This document shows positions 48,392 through 50,390 of a DNA stretch of 50,390 nucleotides, piece by piece. Position numbers and translations under genes: made by a program. The stretch comes from Octopus sinensis (taxonomy: Eukaryota). Under the pieces are notes generated by a model that saw only the letters and a program-made list of their open reading frames with translations, did not search any database and was not told where the DNA came from. Location: the NCBI RefSeq assembly GCF_006345805.1, contig NW_021834270.1, positions 1 through 50,390 on the forward strand, in the 5' to 3' direction. Within the stretch, counting starts at the first letter, position 1; every line of letters starts with the position of its first letter.

Positions 48392-50245
48392 TTAATAAAT
48401 AATAAGCGTCCCTGGAATATATTCTCCAATTAAATATTCCTCAATAAACAACGAAAAGGCTTCCTTTACAGCCAAAATCGACTTCTTATCAGATGTTTTA
48501 GTTATGACACACAGTCGACGTTCAGTTAAACTATCCGGCAACATTTTATTGATCTAAAATAAAAAATCACAAAATACTTCTGCCGAAGCTTTAAATGGCA
48601 CAGAATCACATTTCCGAAACAAAAACACACAATCAAACGGATTTCTCTCAATTCCATAACCAAACGAAGAAATCTAAATTAATCTAAACAGTCAATCGAA
48701 ACATGGAAAGTCAACAAATCTGTTTGGTAAAGCCCACGCACGTGGTCAAAATCATGAAACAAATCCCTGGAAATAAAATCAGCAAATTTAGATCGAAATT
48801 CAACCGGAAAATAATTGCAAAATAAATTTACTTTCGAGGATCGGCAAATTTCTACACTCGCCACAATTTTGTAGAGTTCTCTTTTCTGTAATCTACTCAG
48901 AATGGCACGTGCCCGTTTGTAAGGAGGTGGTTCTTGGATTGACTGTTCATTTGGGTATAAAGATTGGGCATATTGGAGAAAGTATGGAGAGAATATTTCG
49001 TCAGTCATGGCTGATAGAGCGGCCATGTCGTCAAAGCACTCCAATATTGGTCGATATAAACTTTAAATGTTAGTTTAAAAAGAACCCATCGCAACAACGA
49101 AATTTGTAAATTTGACATATTTCAGTAAAAACATCAAAAAACCTAAAAAATTAATATTATTAAATTAAATAATATTTCCTAAATATATTTTTTAAATATT
49201 AAAAATAGTCAAACATTTGACTGATTGCTGTAACAGCAGGATGTTGGTACACAACTCGATGCATCAAAATCCTGTGATTAAAAACAGTAGCAATATCCAC
49301 AAGTGACTAAAATATCTCAAAACACCCCACTTTATCTCTAAAACAAATCATCATCATATTCTTCTCAGGAACAGTCAATACACGTGCAGTAATAATCAGT
49401 CTAAGTGGGTTCACATTGAAAGGTAAATTTAGATGGAATGTATCACGTGCCAAATAATCCAATTTATCAACATCAATTCCGTTATTTTGGTTAGCGACAA
49501 TCTTAATTAATCAATGGCATTTACCTGGTAGAGAAATTGCTTATTGGCTCTGATTTTTAAACTTTGGGAAGAGAAGGGGCATATTAGGAGTTTTATGAAC
49601 TCAATGTCCTCAGAGACCAGCCCGTGTGTTAGTAATACTTGGCCAAGATTATTTTGTGAGATTAAATATTCGAACATTTTTATAGAATTATTTTCATGCT
49701 AATTTGATTATTTTCTTATTATATATATTAATAAATAATGTATTTTTAAATTATAAAAATACATTAAATTTTTTTCCTGTTGAGGTGATGAAACGTTCAA
49801 AGCAATGACTGTGGGGTCCATGGCCTATATTAGTCAGTAAAAATAACCCAAATCATGGCATAACCCAGCAATCTCTATACAGGTGACATCTGAGGGAGTA
49901 ATATTCAGTTCAGGTTGTACATCCCGGAGATGTCGAATGAACTGTCCTGCCAAATAGCACACTCTTGACATAAATTAAAGGCAATCCCAACCCGATGCTG
50001 TGCTCGAATCTAGTGTGAGTGGCCGAGGGGAATACCAAGTGGCTGGGACCTAGTTGTTTAAGCCAGCGAAGTCTTTGAAACTCCGGTGTGTCCATTATGG
50101 CTACACATAGTGGGGAAAGCTCAATATGTCCATAAATGCAGTCTTGGAATACCTATTCTTTTTAATTATTTCTTTTTATTAGTTTTGATATAATTTTAAT
50201 TAATAACAAAAAGCAAAACTAATAAAGACAGACTTTATTGTACAT
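48392..50245 (-). CDS. SAMHD1: SAMHD1-like HD-domain dNTP triphosphohydrolase lacking a SAM domain
   Basis: [39 protein letters not shown]; [14 protein letters not shown]; [13 protein letters not shown]; RELYK; YGIERNP..LPDSLTE. Multi-exon. The first exon (MYNK) is inferred. Confidence 0.92.
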
Positions 50246-50390
50246 CAACAAACAATAAAATATTTTATTAGTAGCTCAGCTTTTTATCTTTTATATTAAA
50301 TTTATATAATATTTTGATTAAAAAATATCTTGATGATTAAAAAACAAATTAACAGGTCAAATAAGTGACTTAAAAAGATAATCGAAATTT

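Noticed and set aside
841-50245. Non-standard genetic code to explain the fragmented ORFs
   Set aside because: Short introns restore the frames, and the host genes end in TAA, TAG and TGA.

Overview
AT-rich eukaryotic nuclear DNA, most likely from a genome-reduced metazoan parasite. That placement is an inference from the animal-type PMVK, EEIG1/FAM102, CENPJ and SAMHD1 genes and the many 24-30 nt GT-AG introns; candidates are Myxozoa, dicyemids or orthonectids. I reconstructed about 11 intron-containing host genes by hand: MEPCE/Bin3, BAZ1A/ACF1-like, NPC2-like, a RhoGAP, RBM7-like, EEIG1/FAM102, NDUFS6, PMVK, CENPJ/SAS-4, COG5 and SAMHD1. They are interleaved with dense, nested, mostly decayed transposons: at least four APE-type LINE families, R2/R4-type and CRE-type RLE retroelements, two Tigger/pogo elements, hAT/ZBED elements, an IS630-Tc1 DD34E transposase, a TG..CA MITE and a Helitron-like end. 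There is also a 3.25 kb array of a 53-bp hairpin-containing unit. No rRNA, tRNA or CRISPR-cas was found, and I cannot demonstrate a new multi-gene system. The best leads are: a covarying stem-loop over the stop codon of a 'GIT*' LINE family; the 53-bp satellite that resembles an amplified Helitron 3' end; a PMVK intron lacking its AG; crossed hAT TIR/TSD pairs; a Ginger-like MITE; and a bromodomain-less ACF1 with an internal GC-skew reversal. All homology calls come from my recall of protein motifs; no database search was run.
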